A DNA stretch of 64,000 bases from Bugula neritina (GCA_964035545.1 OZ037766.1:558001-622000); one strand, 5' to 3'; positions 43,701 through 56,310 are shown, numbered from the stretch's first letter. Program-made: numbers and translations. The notes: generated by a model from the letters alone, not told the origin.

Positions 43701-46700
43701 TACAGACAGGATATGATGTACCATTTCTCATCAGACTTACAAGTTTGCCAAAGAGCAGTCCGCAAGTCTCTATATTCCTCAGAGTGTTCTGTTTGGCCAA
43801 CTCGGTGAACCTCTGGGGTATCGAGAAGGGAACATTCACTGGCTTCAACCCGTTCAGATGCTTGTCACTGTCAGTGTGGGTGAAGTGAACCCCAGGGGGT
43901 TTAGTGCTTCTGTCTACGACCCTGCAACACATATCTTGCGGCCATTGCTTTGATTGACACACACAGTATAGTGACACACACAGTATAGTGACACACACAG
44001 TATAGTGACAGTATAGTGACACACACAGTATAGTGACAGTATAGTGACACACACGGTGTGGTGACACACACAGTATAGTGACACACACAGTATAGTGACA
44101 CACACAGTATAGTGACACACACAGTATAGTGACACACACAGTATAGTGACACACATAGTATAGTGACACACACAGTATAGTGACACACACAGTATAGTGA
44201 CACACATAGTATAGTGACACACATAGTATAGTGACACACACAGTATAGTGACACACACAGTATAGTGACACACATAGTATAGTGACACACATAGTATAGT
44301 GACACACACAGTATAGTGACACACACAGTATAGTGACACACACAGTATAGTGACACACACAGTATAGTGACACACACAGTATAGTGACACACACAGTATA
44401 GTGACACATACGGTGTGGTGACACACACAGTATAGTGACACACACAGTATAGTGACACATACGGTGTGGTGACACATACGGTGTGGTGACACACACAGTA
44501 TAGTGACACACACAGTATAGTGACAGTATAGTGACACACACAGTATAGTGACAGTATAGTGACACACACGGTGTGGTGACACACACAGTATAGTGACACA
44601 CACAGTATAGTGACACACACAGTATAGTGACACACACAGTATAGTGACACACACAGTATAGTGACACACACAGTATAGTGACACACACAGTATAGTGACA
44701 CACATAGTATAGTGACACACACAGTATAGTGACACACACAGTATAGTGACACACATAGTATAGTGACACACATAGTATAGTGACACACACAGTATAGTGA
44801 CACACACAGTATAGTGACACACACAGTATAGTGACACACACAGTATAGTGACACACACAGTATAGTGACACACACAGTATAGTGACACATACGGTGTGGT
44901 GACACACACAGTATAGTGACACACACAGTATAGTGACACATACGGTGTGGTGACACATACGGTGTGGTGACACACACAGTATAGTGACACACACAGTATA
45001 GTGACACATACGGTATATTGACACACACAGTATAGTGACACACACAGTATAGTGACACACACAGTATAGTGACACACACACAGTATAGTGACACACACAG
45101 TATAGTGACACACACAGTATAGTGACACACACAGTATAGTGACACACACACAGTATAGTGACACACACAGTATAGTGACAGTATAGTGACACATACGGTG
45201 TGGTGACACACACAGTATAGTGACACACACAGTATAGTGACACATACGGTATATTGACACACACAGTATAGTGACACATACGGTGTGGTGGCTGGTGGGA
45301 GGCTGTTAGTCACATCTCTGTATGAAGGTGGTGGTGCTGAGGGTGCAGAAGGAGTTAACGGAGAAACAGCGGCTGGTGCCAACACGACAGGGGCTGGTGC
45401 CAACACGACAGGGACTGGAACATGTGACTGCTCTTGTAACCGCTGCTGAGCCTGTGGAAAGCATTGAGTGGATAGTTTGATTTCTGTACTCTGAGACCAA
45501 AGAGCAGAGTATAGAGACGATACTAATACAATGTTACATGATGAGATAAACAAGTACAACTAGAGTTGTGCTCTCCTGTGAAACTGAGCTAACACTCCCT
45601 GTTTAACTACCAGCCGCACTCTCTGCATCATGTCTCTGTATCACCTCTCATTACTCACCTCTCTGTATCTTTCCTCCTCTTCAGCTTGCTGTCTCTCCCT
45701 CCTTTCTCTCTCGAGTCTCTCTTCCTGAGACCGTCTCTCTGCCTCCAGCATCTGCTGCTCCGCTTCTCTCTGCGCTGCCTTCTCCTTCTACAGCAATGGA
45801 TACATAGGGCTTATGTGATTGGCTGAATGGGAGCAAGGTATTAGTAGGGCTTATGTGTGTGTGTGTGTGTGTGTTTTATTTTCATCATAACATAGTGTTT
45901 TACAACTAGGATAATTTACAAGAGCAGAACAAGCAATTAGAAAAGAAACATAGTAACAAATAACAGTATATCAAAATAAGCTGTCGGAAATGATGATGAG
46001 GCCCAGTGCGAAATAGCATGGCTAGTGGTACGCGGGCCCAATGTTGGCATTACCATACAAGGCACCACAGATCACTCAACAGAGTGGAGGTGATGCCTCA
46101 ATTCCGCTTTAAATTTACCAAGTGGCTGTATAATCTTTAAAAATTTAGGCAACTTATTCCACAGTGCAGATATTACAAAATTTGAGGTGCGTTGACCAGC
46201 AGATGAGGAATAAAATGGAACAGGAAGAGATTGCAACTGATGACGAGTAGTATAGTGAGAGTGTGTCGAAAAGCTTTCTGAATAGAAGATTTTATGAGCT
46301 TTAATTAGCAGTTTGTATTTGTACAACTTGTCAACTGGTAAAATGTCTGATTTCCTAAACAGGTCTTTAGAATGGTATCCAAAAGGCTTGCGGTGAATTA
46401 TTCGGACGATTTTCTTTTGAAATTTTAACACTTTATCAAGATGGACCCTGGATGCATTCCCCCAGGATTCTATAGAGTAGCACAGCCTGGAATGTATAAG
46501 TGAACAGTATAACATGATCAAAATTTCTTTAGGAGCGAATGCATTTAAACGATAAAAAAGTCCCGAAATTGGTCGAAGATTTAATAATATTTTCTGAATG
46601 TGGGATGACCAGTTTAAATTTCTATCAATTATCACACCTAAAAATTTTACTTCGTCAACTGCTGTTATTGGTTTGTCGTTTATTGTTAATTTTAAATTAA

Positions 46701-49700
46701 ATTGGAACTTATTTTGATAGTTCTTAAAAATAATGTAAGATGTTTTTTCATAATTAATTGTTAGCTTATTTGTCTGGCACCATTCACATAGTCTTTTAAG
46801 ATCAGAAGAAATTTTCTCATATTCATTGTTTAAATTTTTTGATTTTAGAAATAAGTTAGTATCGTCCGCATATAAAATTGGTGTTACATATTTTAAGGTT
46901 TCGCAAAGATCGTTGATATATATTAGGAACAAGGTGGGACCTAGCACAGATCCTTGGGGTACACCGCAAGTAATAGTTTGTGCATTGGATAGTGTATTGT
47001 TTATTTTTGTGATTTGGGTTCTTTCTGTTAAATAATTATGTATCCATTTAATAGCAGATGAGCTAAAATTATATTTTTTAAGTTTATAAATTAAAATGTT
47101 GTGGTCTATAGTATCAAATGCTTTACTAAAATCAATAAATATGCCTAGTACGGATTCACCTTTATCAAAAGATTCTAAAATTTTGTTTGTAAAATTAGAA
47201 ATTGCATCTGATGTACCCTTGTTATGTCTAAATCCAAACTGATTTTGAGTAAGGAGGTTATTGTTTTCTAAATAGGTGAGTATTTGTTGGTTTATTGATT
47301 TTTCCATTATTTTGCTGAAGATGGGTAAAATTGAAATAGGTCTATAATTCCCACATTCATTGACGGAACCTTTTTTATATAATGGTGAAACTTTAGCTAC
47401 TTTTAATTTCGTTGGTATTTTTCCACAATCGATAGAATGGTTAATAATTTTACATAGAGGAGTAGTAATAATGTCTGACAAACGCTTAACAAAGTTGGCG
47501 GAGATTTGGTCAAGACCAGAAGCTTTATTTGGCTTCATTTGCGTTATGAGTGTTAACACGCTAGTTTCGTTAACATGTTGAAGTTCAAAAGCACCATCAG
47601 AGCTGTTACTAATTTCAGAGTGAGAAAGCCTATGATCATTGTTATCAAATTTAGAAGCTAGCCGCTTTCCAATATTACTAAAGTAAGAGTTAAATTCTTC
47701 AGCTATTTCTGTATCGCTCAAGGCTACCCGAGATGGATCGTGATAGCATACTAGTTTAGATGGAAGCTTTGGACTGGTATTTTTTGGTTTTCTCAAAAGC
47801 TCATTGTTTATTAATTCCCAAATCTGTTTTGGATTAGCACAGCTTGCATCTAAAGCTTTTAGAAAATAATTATACTTTGCCCTCCTCAGTTGCGTGTTCA
47901 GTTCATTTCTCAATCTTTTATATTTAACTTCCAACTTTGTACTTAATGGAGATTTTCGCCAATTTCTATAAAAACGATTTTTCTTTCTTATCATAAACAG
48001 AAGATCCCCATTTATCCATGGCTTTGAAATGCTTTTATTTTTAGCAAGCTTTGCCCTATGCTCTATTTTACAGCTGTTTGTAAGTTCAGTAAGCTTTTGA
48101 AGGAATTTATCATAAAACACATTAACATCACTACAGCGAAAAGCTTCCCAGTTTATAGTTTCTAACGCGTTACGTAATTTTTTGTAATTGATGATGCTAT
48201 ACTGATTTTGGGACGCAGAAATCAGGTCTGATCTTTTAAATTTATGTATGAAAGTATAGGCAGGCAAGTGATCACTCAAATCAGAAAAAACTGTTCCAGA
48301 AGTTATGGCATAGCTGTTCAGATTCAAAAGGATGTGATCCAGGCATGTCCACTTATTAGTAGGCTTAAAGTGATGAGTGGGCACAGTAATGGAGTTGGTG
48401 AAACAGTAGGTAGACAGGAGACTAAGATACTCAACATTAGAATGATCTAGGGTATCAATGTTGATATCACCAGCAATAATGTGGTTACTTGCGTGTGAAG
48501 TGGATATGAATTTTTCGAAATCATACAAAAATTCAGTAACATCTGCACTGGGTTGTCGGTAAATAACTGTTAGAACCACAGGTGGAGAGGAGCCATCACA
48601 TTCTAACTTAATAGAATGAACATCACAACCAGATATGGTCACTACTGGGACCAGGACCATGCCAATGCTATCTCTCACATACACCCCAACACCACCTCCA
48701 CGTGAATCGCGTTGTGCACCTGAAAAAGTAAAATTAGGAATTTTAAAAAATTCTATTTCATCATTGTTCAGCCATGTTTCTGTTAAACAAATTACATCAA
48801 ATGGGACATTACAAGAATATAACAATTGTTCAAAAAGGTAGAACTTGTTTCTTAAACTTTGACAGTTAATATTTAGTATAGAAAATGTGTCGGGAGAAAA
48901 ATCACTGTTAATTTTTAATTCTTCGGGATTACTGCTTCTACAGTCAATATTTAGTTCAGCCATGTTTAAAGTTAAAACTACCAAGCAGTGTTCATGAAAT
49001 GCTTTTATCTACTAAGAACTAGAGATCTTGTCAAGATCTTCTTCAGAGTTAACCAGGATCGCCTCAGAATCTGAGGTTTTACGTAAATAGATGTGCTGAT
49101 TATTAGTCCACACATATTTGAAGTGCTTATCCATCTTAAATTGGCGAGTTTTCCAGAATAGTTTACTTTGGTCTCGACTGAGAACTTCATTAATGTAAAT
49201 CTTTCCCTGTTCATTGAAACCAAGCACAGATAAAGGCTGAGTATTTCTGCGGTATATGTGAAAGAACTCGTTACGTTGGTCTGTTTGAGTGAATTTTATA
49301 ATAACTTTCTTAGTTTGTCTTATACGATAAATTTTATCTACCCCAGTGAATGGCAAGTTGTTTGGTTTTAATAGAGTAACTATTTTTTGGTATAAAGCGG
49401 TCAAATCCTCAGAGCTTTTATATGGAATACCATTTAGTTCGACACACTTGGCACGTTCAGAATGTTCATTTGCTTCAACACGATTTTCTAACACCTGAAG
49501 TTTGTCAATTTTAGCCTCCATAGCTGCAATAGAGATAGCCATTGCTTTATGCTGAGTTTGAATATCTTCATTCTCTTGGTGAATAAACTGCAAGGACCTA
49601 TCAAATTCACTTTGTTTACTTTCAATGGTGTTCAGCCGACTTTCAATAGTTGTGAGCTTGCTGAGAATAACATTCAATTTGTCATTAATGTCTGTAAGTT

Positions 49701-52052
49701 TCTGAGAAGTATCTTCCTCAATATCTGATGTAGATCTAGTACTTTTCTTAGCAGGCATAATGATGGATCAGTCATGTACTAAACACTTACCCGATTCGAG
49801 GGTGGCTTATAGAAATATCACCACCCTCACATCCAAGATTCACCAGTGTGTGTTGGTTATCTTTAGTCGTTTATTATAGTTGATCTATGTTTCCTTTATG
49901 TTGAAAGCAAAGTTTGAAATAAAGAAAATATAATATGTTATGTAGCAAAGAGATTATGTAGAGCACATCAATAGCACAACCTCTCTCTCTGAAAGCCAAG
50001 CCAAGAGATTTGATGTGATTGGTTGAATGGGAGCGAGGTAGTAGTAGCCGGGCTAATGTGATTGGTTGACTGTACACCTGAGTGTTAGTACCTTGCCTAC
50101 CTTACTATACCCCACACACTGTTTAGTATAGATAATACATATTTTACTATAACAATGAGCTCTAAAGTAAAGCTATACCCAACCTCTTCAGCCTCCTTCT
50201 GTCTATACTCTCCTTCATATTTCTTTAAGAGTTTAGCTTTGATAGTCTCTGCTTTGTTTATAGCCTCCTTGCATTGCTACGGACAATATAGAATGGTTAT
50301 ATGATGTAACTGAGTATATAATGTAATATATCTACTGAGTATATGATGTAATATATCTACTGAGTATATGATGTAATACATCTACTGAGTATATGATGTA
50401 ATATATCTACTGAGTATATGATGTAATATATCTACTGAGTATATTATGTAATATATCTACTGAGTATATTATGTAATATATCTACTGAGTATATGATGTA
50501 ATATATCTACTGAGTATATGATGTAATATATCTACTGAGTATATGATGTAATATATCTACTGAGTATATGATGTAATATATCTACTGAGTATATGATGTA
50601 ATATATCTACTGAGTATATGATGTAATATATCTACTGAGTATATGATGTAATATATCTACTGAGTATATGATGCAATATATCTACTTCGTATATTATGTA
50701 ATATATCTACTTCGTATATGATGTAATATATCTACTGAGTATATGATGTAATATATCTACTGAGTATATGATGTAATATATCTACTGAGTATATGAGTAA
50801 CTACTGAATATATTATGTAATATATCTACTGAGTATATGATGTAATATATCTACTGAGTATATGATGTAATATATCTACTGAGTATATGATGTAATATAT
50901 CTACTGAGTATATGATGTAATATATCTACTGAGTATATGAGTAACTACTGAGTATATTATGTAATATATCTACTGAGTATATTATGTAATATATCTACTG
51001 AGTATATGATGTAATATATCTACTGAGTATATGATGTAATATATCTACTGAGTATATGATGTAATATATCTACTGAGTATATTATGTAATATATCTACTG
51101 AGTATATTATGTAATATAACCATACAGTGAAACTCTCACCGAGGTACTGGCCTTTTTTAGACCGGGGTCTACAGCTCCGTACTCTGGGTGTTGAGGGAGT
51201 TGCTCCAACATTAAACTACAAGACAGAGAACTCCTACTACACTTTTTCCATGTACACTTAGTCAAAGTCATGCAACGTCCTATCAGAACAGATTGGACAG
51301 ACGAGAAAAGTATTAGACTGTGAGGAACTCAGCCAAAGACTACAGGATATGAAACTGCTAACTAGGAAGTCACATGCTGCAAGATTTTGTCACTAAGTTG
51401 TACAGCTGATAAAAAAGGAAGCATCAGTTTTCAAAACAATTGGGTAATGAGTGCTTCAAATTATAATAATTTTCGACAAAAAACAAGGCCTAAAACCTGA
51501 GAAGCAGATATGAAAAGAATTGAGAGTCTTCTATTATCTAGAAACTTGACATATAACTTTAGATTTCGGATTTCACTCAATTACTCTGCACAATAAAGAT
51601 ATGCAGCTAGAAATTGGTTGCATAGGAAAGCAACAGGGTTTTATTATTGCATTATCTAAAGTTGTAAATATTCAATTAGTAACCTTTTGAAAATTTTTGG
51701 CGTTCTATATCACAAAATATCACAAAACACTAAGTTAGTTGAAGTCACTGAGACTCAAACTCTTTGAGACACAAGAAGTCCTGACAGAAGAGCTTTGACT
51801 GATGAGTCACACTGACCTGGAATACTGATGAGTCATACTAATGAGTCATACTCACCTGAGATACTTCTGGTAGAGAACGAAAGCTGATTCGAGGTTGCCT
51901 TCAGAAGAATACACTTTAGCCATTCTCACAATCTCGAGACTACTTCTATAGTATCGCTTGGCAGGAATTTGAATATTAACTCGCACTAAGCCAGCCTGTT
52001 CGTTCAGTGTTTTGATGCGATTGGTAGGGAGGTAGTGCTCCAAGTCCCCCAT
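40746..52052 (-). CDS. STAMBP: STAM-binding protein / AMSH-like JAMM deubiquitinase; 10 coding exons, 418 aa
   Basis: Exons 52052-51856, 51215-51140, 50276-50184, 45787-45659, 45451-45282, 43921-43741, 43244-43107, 42708-42596, 41031-40929, 40802-40746. N-domain (RYYRS...[11 protein letters not shown]...LPQHPEY), SH3-binding motif [13 protein letters not shown] ([32 protein letters not shown]), C-terminal VDLR*. Confidence 0.95.
41020..42535. repeat. 18-bp minisatellite, about 84 copies of the STAMBP exon 9 acceptor
   Basis: The - strand unit is ATTTTATAG|AATAGRTAT; it fills nearly all of intron 41032-42595. Confidence 0.95.
43955..45290. repeat. 17-bp minisatellite, about 78 copies, starting at the STAMBP exon 5 donor
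   Basis: Main unit GTATAGTGACACACACA; a variant reads CACCACACC|GTATGTGT on the - strand, identical to the exon 5 junction. Confidence 0.95.
46072..48963 (-). CDS. LINE ORF2: APE endonuclease + reverse transcriptase (about 963 aa from the ATG at 48963)
   Basis: EN motifs NINCQSL, LTETW, GDIN, LDH, SDH; RT motifs [36 protein letters not shown]. Confidence 0.95.
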   Translation of the reverse strand: MAELNIDCRSSNPEELKINSDFSPDTFSILNINCQSLRNKFYLFEQLLYSCNVPFDVICLTETWLNNDEIEFFKIPNFTFSGAQRDSRGGGVGVYVRDSIGMVLVPVVTISGCDVHSIKLECDGSSPPVVLTVIYRQPSADVTEFLYDFEKFISTSHASNHIIAGDINIDTLDHSNVEYLSLLSTYCFTNSITVPTHHFKPTNKWTCLDHILLNLNSYAITSGTVFSDLSDHLPAYTFIHKFKRSDLISASQNQYSIINYKKLRNALETINWEAFRCSDVNVFYDKFLQKLTELTNSCKIEHRAKLAKNKSISKPWINGDLLFMIRKKNRFYRNWRKSPLSTKLEVKYKRLRNELNTQLRRAKYNYFLKALDASCANPKQIWELINNELLRKPKNTSPKLPSKLVCYHDPSRVALSDTEIAEEFNSYFSNIGKRLASKFDNNDHRLSHSEISNSSDGAFELQHVNETSVLTLITQMKPNKASGLDQISANFVKRLSDIITTPLCKIINHSIDCGKIPTKLKVAKVSPLYKKGSVNECGNYRPISILPIFSKIMEKSINQQILTYLENNNLLTQNQFGFRHNKGTSDAISNFTNKILESFDKGESVLGIFIDFSKAFDTIDHNILIYKLKKYNFSSSAIKWIHNYLTERTQITKINNTLSNAQTITCGVPQGSVLGPTLFLIYINDLCETLKYVTPILYADDTNLFLKSKNLNNEYEKISSDLKRLCEWCQTNKLTINYEKTSYIIFKNYQNKFQFNLKLTINDKPITAVDEVKFLGVIIDRNLNWSSHIQKILLNLRPISGLFYRLNAFAPKEILIMLYCSLIHSRLCYSIESWGNASRVHLDKVLKFQKKIVRIIHRKPFGYHSKDLFRKSDILPVDKLYKYKLLIKAHKIFYSESFSTHSHYTTRHQLQSLPVPFYSSSAGQRTSNFVISALWNKLPKFLKIIQPLGKFKAELRHHLHSVE
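49012..49758 (-). CDS. LINE ORF1 (coiled coil plus RNA-binding-type C-terminus), 248 aa
   Basis: Heptad-rich N-terminal half; VELNGIP, IYINEVL and FKYVWT motifs typical of LINE ORF1; directly upstream of ORF2. Confidence 0.88.
   Translation of the reverse strand: MPAKKSTRSTSDIEEDTSQKLTDINDKLNVILSKLTTIESRLNTIESKQSEFDRSLQFIHQENEDIQTQHKAMAISIAAMEAKIDKLQVLENRVEANEHSERAKCVELNGIPYKSSEDLTALYQKIVTLLKPNNLPFTGVDKIYRIRQTKKVIIKFTQTDQRNEFFHIYRRNTQPLSVLGFNEQGKIYINEVLSRDQSKLFWKTRQFKMDKHFKYVWTNNQHIYLRKTSDSEAILVNSEEDLDKISSS
50300..51118. repeat. 25-bp minisatellite (GAGTATATGATGTAATATATCTACT), about 33 copies, filling STAMBP intron 2
   Basis: Period 25 read directly; the intron spans 50277-51139. Confidence 0.95.
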
Positions 52053-53520
52053 ATTAGGATGGGGAGAATGCAAATTTGTACTCTATAAAATTTATATCAA
52101 AAACTGACTCAACTACTATTAATTGCAACAAAATGTTGGTTTGTAGCAGTTTGGGATGTATGATGATGAAGAAAAATATATCCAATGATACTGATAGGTT
52201 TATTGAATGTTTCAAATCAACTCATCGGCTTGAAAAAACAGTGCAGAAGGACTGATATTATAATGATATTATTAATGATATCATAATAAAGATTAATTTT
52301 AATCCTATAGCTAAACTTAACGTTATTACATAATTCATAATCATTGTCAATAAGAATATCATAATGATAATGAAAATGGTTAAATTTAATTATTAATTAT
52401 TATTATTAACATTATTTAAAAATAAATTAAATGATAGTTATCACTTTTAAGCACAAGTCAGCATCGGTACAAACTAATATTACCTAAAAGTAAAAGCAGC
52501 CAGATACAGAAGTGAGCAAACCAAAGCCGTCGTGACTCAGACTCAGTCAGTCAGGGCACTGGTAATTTCGTAGAACTTCTAAGTAAACTGACTATAAATT
52601 TAGAACTACTATAACATCGTAGGACATAAAGCCTTGACCCTTATGAAAGTAACTTCCTGTTACAATCATCGTCAGTCAGTGCGTACCCCCGTACCAGAAC
52701 AAAGTAATAATATTCCAAATTTAGGCTACCGCTTTTTTATTGAACGATCGCCAGGTAAAGCACTAATTTTGGGATCATCATGTCATAGAGTGATGCTAAT
52801 TGTACGCATGTGTATTATAATTTTCAAACTAGAGACCACTGCACTTAGTGGCTCTGCACTCTGTGCTGTATCAAGCGGTGTTCAGGGTTTCATGGTTTTG
52901 AGTACTGTACTTAGAGTTATACTAAATTTAATGATAATTGAATTATCTTTTCAAATTTTCTGTAAGTAGTGGCGTTAATGAAGTTCTACTAGCCCTACTG
53001 AAAGTGGGCAATGACAGTGATAATGGGTGAGCGATTCAAAGACTCTTCTCATAAATGATAGAGCTAATTTTACTGTTAAGTGTTAGCTGTTACACTTACT
53101 GTTAGTGTTACTGTTCGCAGTATCAGTATGAGTAACTGCAAGTTACACTTAGTCTTACAGTTACTGTTAGTGTTACTGTTAGTTTTACTGTTACACTAAA
53201 TCGGCCTGACTGCCGTTTTTTGTGTTAGTAAAGTAAGTAAGTAAGGAAATTAACATAGGTAATACTAAATAATATAAATAGATGAGATAGGTGTAAGGTT
53301 TTGAAATACTTAGGTTGGCAAGAGCGCTCAGAAAACACGTCCGTCTCGCACAATACACGATCCAGTGAGACTGTGTGTTGTTTTTGTATAACTAAATTTA
53401 GCTCACTTAAGACAATAAGAGTATGGCTAATAATATGACTAATAAGAGGACTTACTAGTTGGTAGTTATGCTAATACTTATACTTATAGATAATTTTATG
53501 GCTATAGTATTTCAATATTA

Positions 53521-53870
53521 AGGTCTGGCCTCACGATCGTGAGAATCACACGAAATCATGTAACGATTTTCGTGAGTTATGCTCTCGTTATGACCAGCCA
53601 CACACTTGTCGGACGAAACACATGATAAATAGTCCGTGAATGAGTCTTGCATGAAATACAAACAACAAAAAATTGCCAACTAGAGAAGCATGGTATAAGT
53701 GAAATAATTACTGTTGCTAAAATTCTATTGACCAATCAAATGATGCTTTTCGTCAATTGTGATTTTCCGTTCATCATCATCGTTGTGTACACCCAAATTT
53801 TCTCGTACAAATGTTTGTTCGTGCCATATAAACGATTTTGTGTGATTCTCACGATCGTGAGGCCAGGCCT
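53521..53870. mobile_element. MITE, about 350 bp, possibly PIF/Harbinger
   Basis: About 37-bp TIRs AGGTCTGGCCTCACGATCGTGAGAATCACACGAAATC / GATTTTGTGTGATTCTCACGATCGTGAGGCCAGGCCT with 2 mismatches. Flanks are TTA and TTT, so the TSD is imperfect. Confidence 0.75.
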
Positions 53871-54418
53871 TTTAGTCATAGATAATCATATTCATATTCA
53901 CCAAGAGAAAATTTGGGTGTACACAACGATGATGATGGACGAAAAATCACAATTGACGAAAAGCATTATTGATTCAAGACTAATGAAACCTAAACGTATT
54001 TAAATATTTGAGATTGGCAGTCATCATGTATTACTTTAAAAGTTATCTGCTCATTTTGTTTTGTGGTTATAACAAAAAGTGAGGTGGATGTTCATATTCA
54101 ATACTATATTCATATTGTATAAAACATAGCACAGAAAATTTTATTTAGAAAAAATACCTGTTGGACTTACTGTAAGAAAGTTAAAGATAATTAGTAAAAT
54201 TCAAAGTGTGCTATTACTTGCAATAGAATAAAATTTAGATATGCCGTTTGAAACTATTTCAGATCATTTTATAAGTAGGTAAATAAAATAATAGTAAAAG
54301 ACAACATCTTGGTAAATAATAGTATTTAGAATTCTTATTAATACAATACCAGAGGAGCAATCCAATACATCTGACTCCACAAGTTAGGTATTTTTACTGC
54401 TATGAAGTTTCATACATG

Positions 54419-54800
54419 TCATAAGTTGCCTTTATACCTTTACAAGTTTCAGTCATAAATTCAATTTGGCCGAGTTGAAATTTCTCCGAGCTGCATTGCA
54501 TTGTAAAAGCCACTCGTAAAATTTGTTGTTTTGTGATAACTTAATCGGCCGATTTCAGAATAACACTCAACACTCCTTTTAAACATTGTTATTTAGTTAT
54601 GACTTTGATGATTAAATGACGTACTCACATGTTAATAATCATATTGCCTACGCCTTCTCAATTATCGCGAGCAGCTCCAAAATGGCCGTCACAGTCGAGT
54701 TTCGACTGTAATCTGTCATGCCCATTAAGGGTTACCCGAACAAGCATTATTAACTGAAACTCGGAACTTTTTTCAGCAGAGGTATAAATGCAACTTATGA
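54419..54800. mobile_element. MITE-like element, 382 bp, superfamily unassigned
   Basis: 21-bp inverted termini TCATAAGTTGCCTTTATACCT / AGGTATAAATGCAACTTATGA (1 mismatch), plus an inner AGTTTCAGT / ACTGAAACT pair. No clear TSD. Confidence 0.55.
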
Positions 54801-54840
54801 GATTCACAGTTTAATAAAAACAGATGAGACTTCTCAGTGT

Positions 54841-56310
54841 TTATCTACCAGATACAACAGCGTTTATATTGATTTCATAAATGCCAAAGTATTCTTTTTC
54901 CATCGTTTGAACTTGAAAAAATCGACCGCGGATAGCTTTGGTGCAAGAGAAAAGCTGAGCTACTTTACTTTGAATAGTAAGACCGACTGTGTTTGCACAG
55001 ATCAGACTTTCGTCATATTCCTCATTGATGTCAGTTCCCAGTAGTTGATCTTCTGTCATTGCCACAACCAGAACTATGGTGCTCCAACCATCAGTCTTAC
55101 TATGATCTAAAGGGAGTTTTGTTTTTAGTGTTTTCATAAATTTCAGGTGTAGAGAAATCTTAAGTATCTTCAACTTGTATGCTAATATGCAAACTTTGTT
55201 GAGCATTTAAAATTCTCTGTAAATATTTCTTATACTCTAAACTTTTATTTCAACATAAACATACGTGTTTTTTGGAGTGTTTGATTTAGACTGATTAGTC
55301 TATTAAAAGATGGAAAATTAAAAAAAAATGAAAATAGCCACCAAATGCTCACATAGCATTGAAAGTTTAGCATAACAAAGTTGTTGCTGTTTTCTCTTGA
55401 GTAATCAATGTGGCATATTTTGCTTATTTGCTCTCTTACAAAGTAACAGTGTCCTAGTAGTTTTTTTAATAACTTTTCAGTTCATACAATACAAGTTAAT
55501 TATTCTACATCGGAGTTTGACATACTTGTAACAACAATAACATGTTGCAATTTAGGGAATATTTGAATGACCTTTTAGAGGTATGATGTTTGCTGAGATG
55601 ATGCAGTGAGGGCTCAGCAGGTCTATTCTCCACCATGATCTAAAGCTTTGTGTTGTACTAGATGTTGTGCTTGTATCACCATCAATCGCTAGCTCAGGAG
55701 TGTTTGACTTCCATTGACTGGATTGAGAAGTTGTCTTACCTATATCAACAAGAAATTTAGTATGCCAACAGAAAATATGGAATAAACAACAAAATATATC
55801 AATCAACGCAAATAGAAATATGGTTTTCTGTTTATGATGTCACATTTCATCCTCTATTCGGTGACCAATCACACTTGAAACCATGAAAAGTTGTGTTCTG
55901 TGAGCTACGTGCTCAAATAATTTATAAAAGTAATTATTCTGTACAACCTTTTTGAGCATCCAAACCTCTGTTAAATAATTGCAATACTGACCACTGGTTA
56001 TAGTGCTGTCCAAATCTAGTGTTGACACAACATAGCCTGTTGCCCTGATTAGATTTGTCGATTTGGTGTCACCACTAACGCAGTTAGCTAGGCCACACGT
56101 CTTTAGGGGCTCACTATACGTGAATCCAAGACAATCCCGGTCCTTAGCACACAAGTAGCTGCAAGTTTCAGCAGATGATGCACTTATGTTGAAATAGTTT
56201 TCATGTGAGTCGAGGTTAGCTGGGTGGTAGGTGATATGCTGCCAGGTGGCGTGTATTACCCTATCTCTTATTATCAGCAACAGAAGGAGGCAGCACTCTG
56301 TAACATTCAT
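54841..56310 (-). CDS. Probably secreted PAN/apple domain + F-type-lectin/F5-8C-like domain protein; 3 exons, 250 aa
   Basis: Exons 56310-55992, 55739-55572, 55106-54841 (phases 1,1). Hydrophobic N-terminus; CSYLCAKDRDCLGFTY...CGL (PAN); GKTTSQSS...LAIDGD...WWRIDL...GRFFQV...IYEINI (F-type lectin fold). Confidence 0.8.

Larger units (their letters stand above)
45858..50012 (-). mobile_element. Full-length non-LTR retrotransposon (CR1/L2-group LINE), about 4.15 kb, in STAMBP intron 3
   Basis: Intact ORF1 and ORF2; 3' end AATAAAA followed by (CA)n; ATGTG at both ends (45853-45857, 50013-50017). It splits a host 40-bp duplicated unit (GGGCTTATGTGATTGG.TGAATGGGAGC). Confidence 0.92.

Noticed and set aside
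43681-45559. Three overlapping 448-552-aa Cys/Val-rich ORFs
   Set aside because: Read-through of a stop-free 17-bp array; only the ends are real STAMBP exons.
51798-51855. CTGATGAG motifs as hammerhead cores
   Set aside because: No stem II or GAAA follows; this is a short repeat beside a STAMBP donor.
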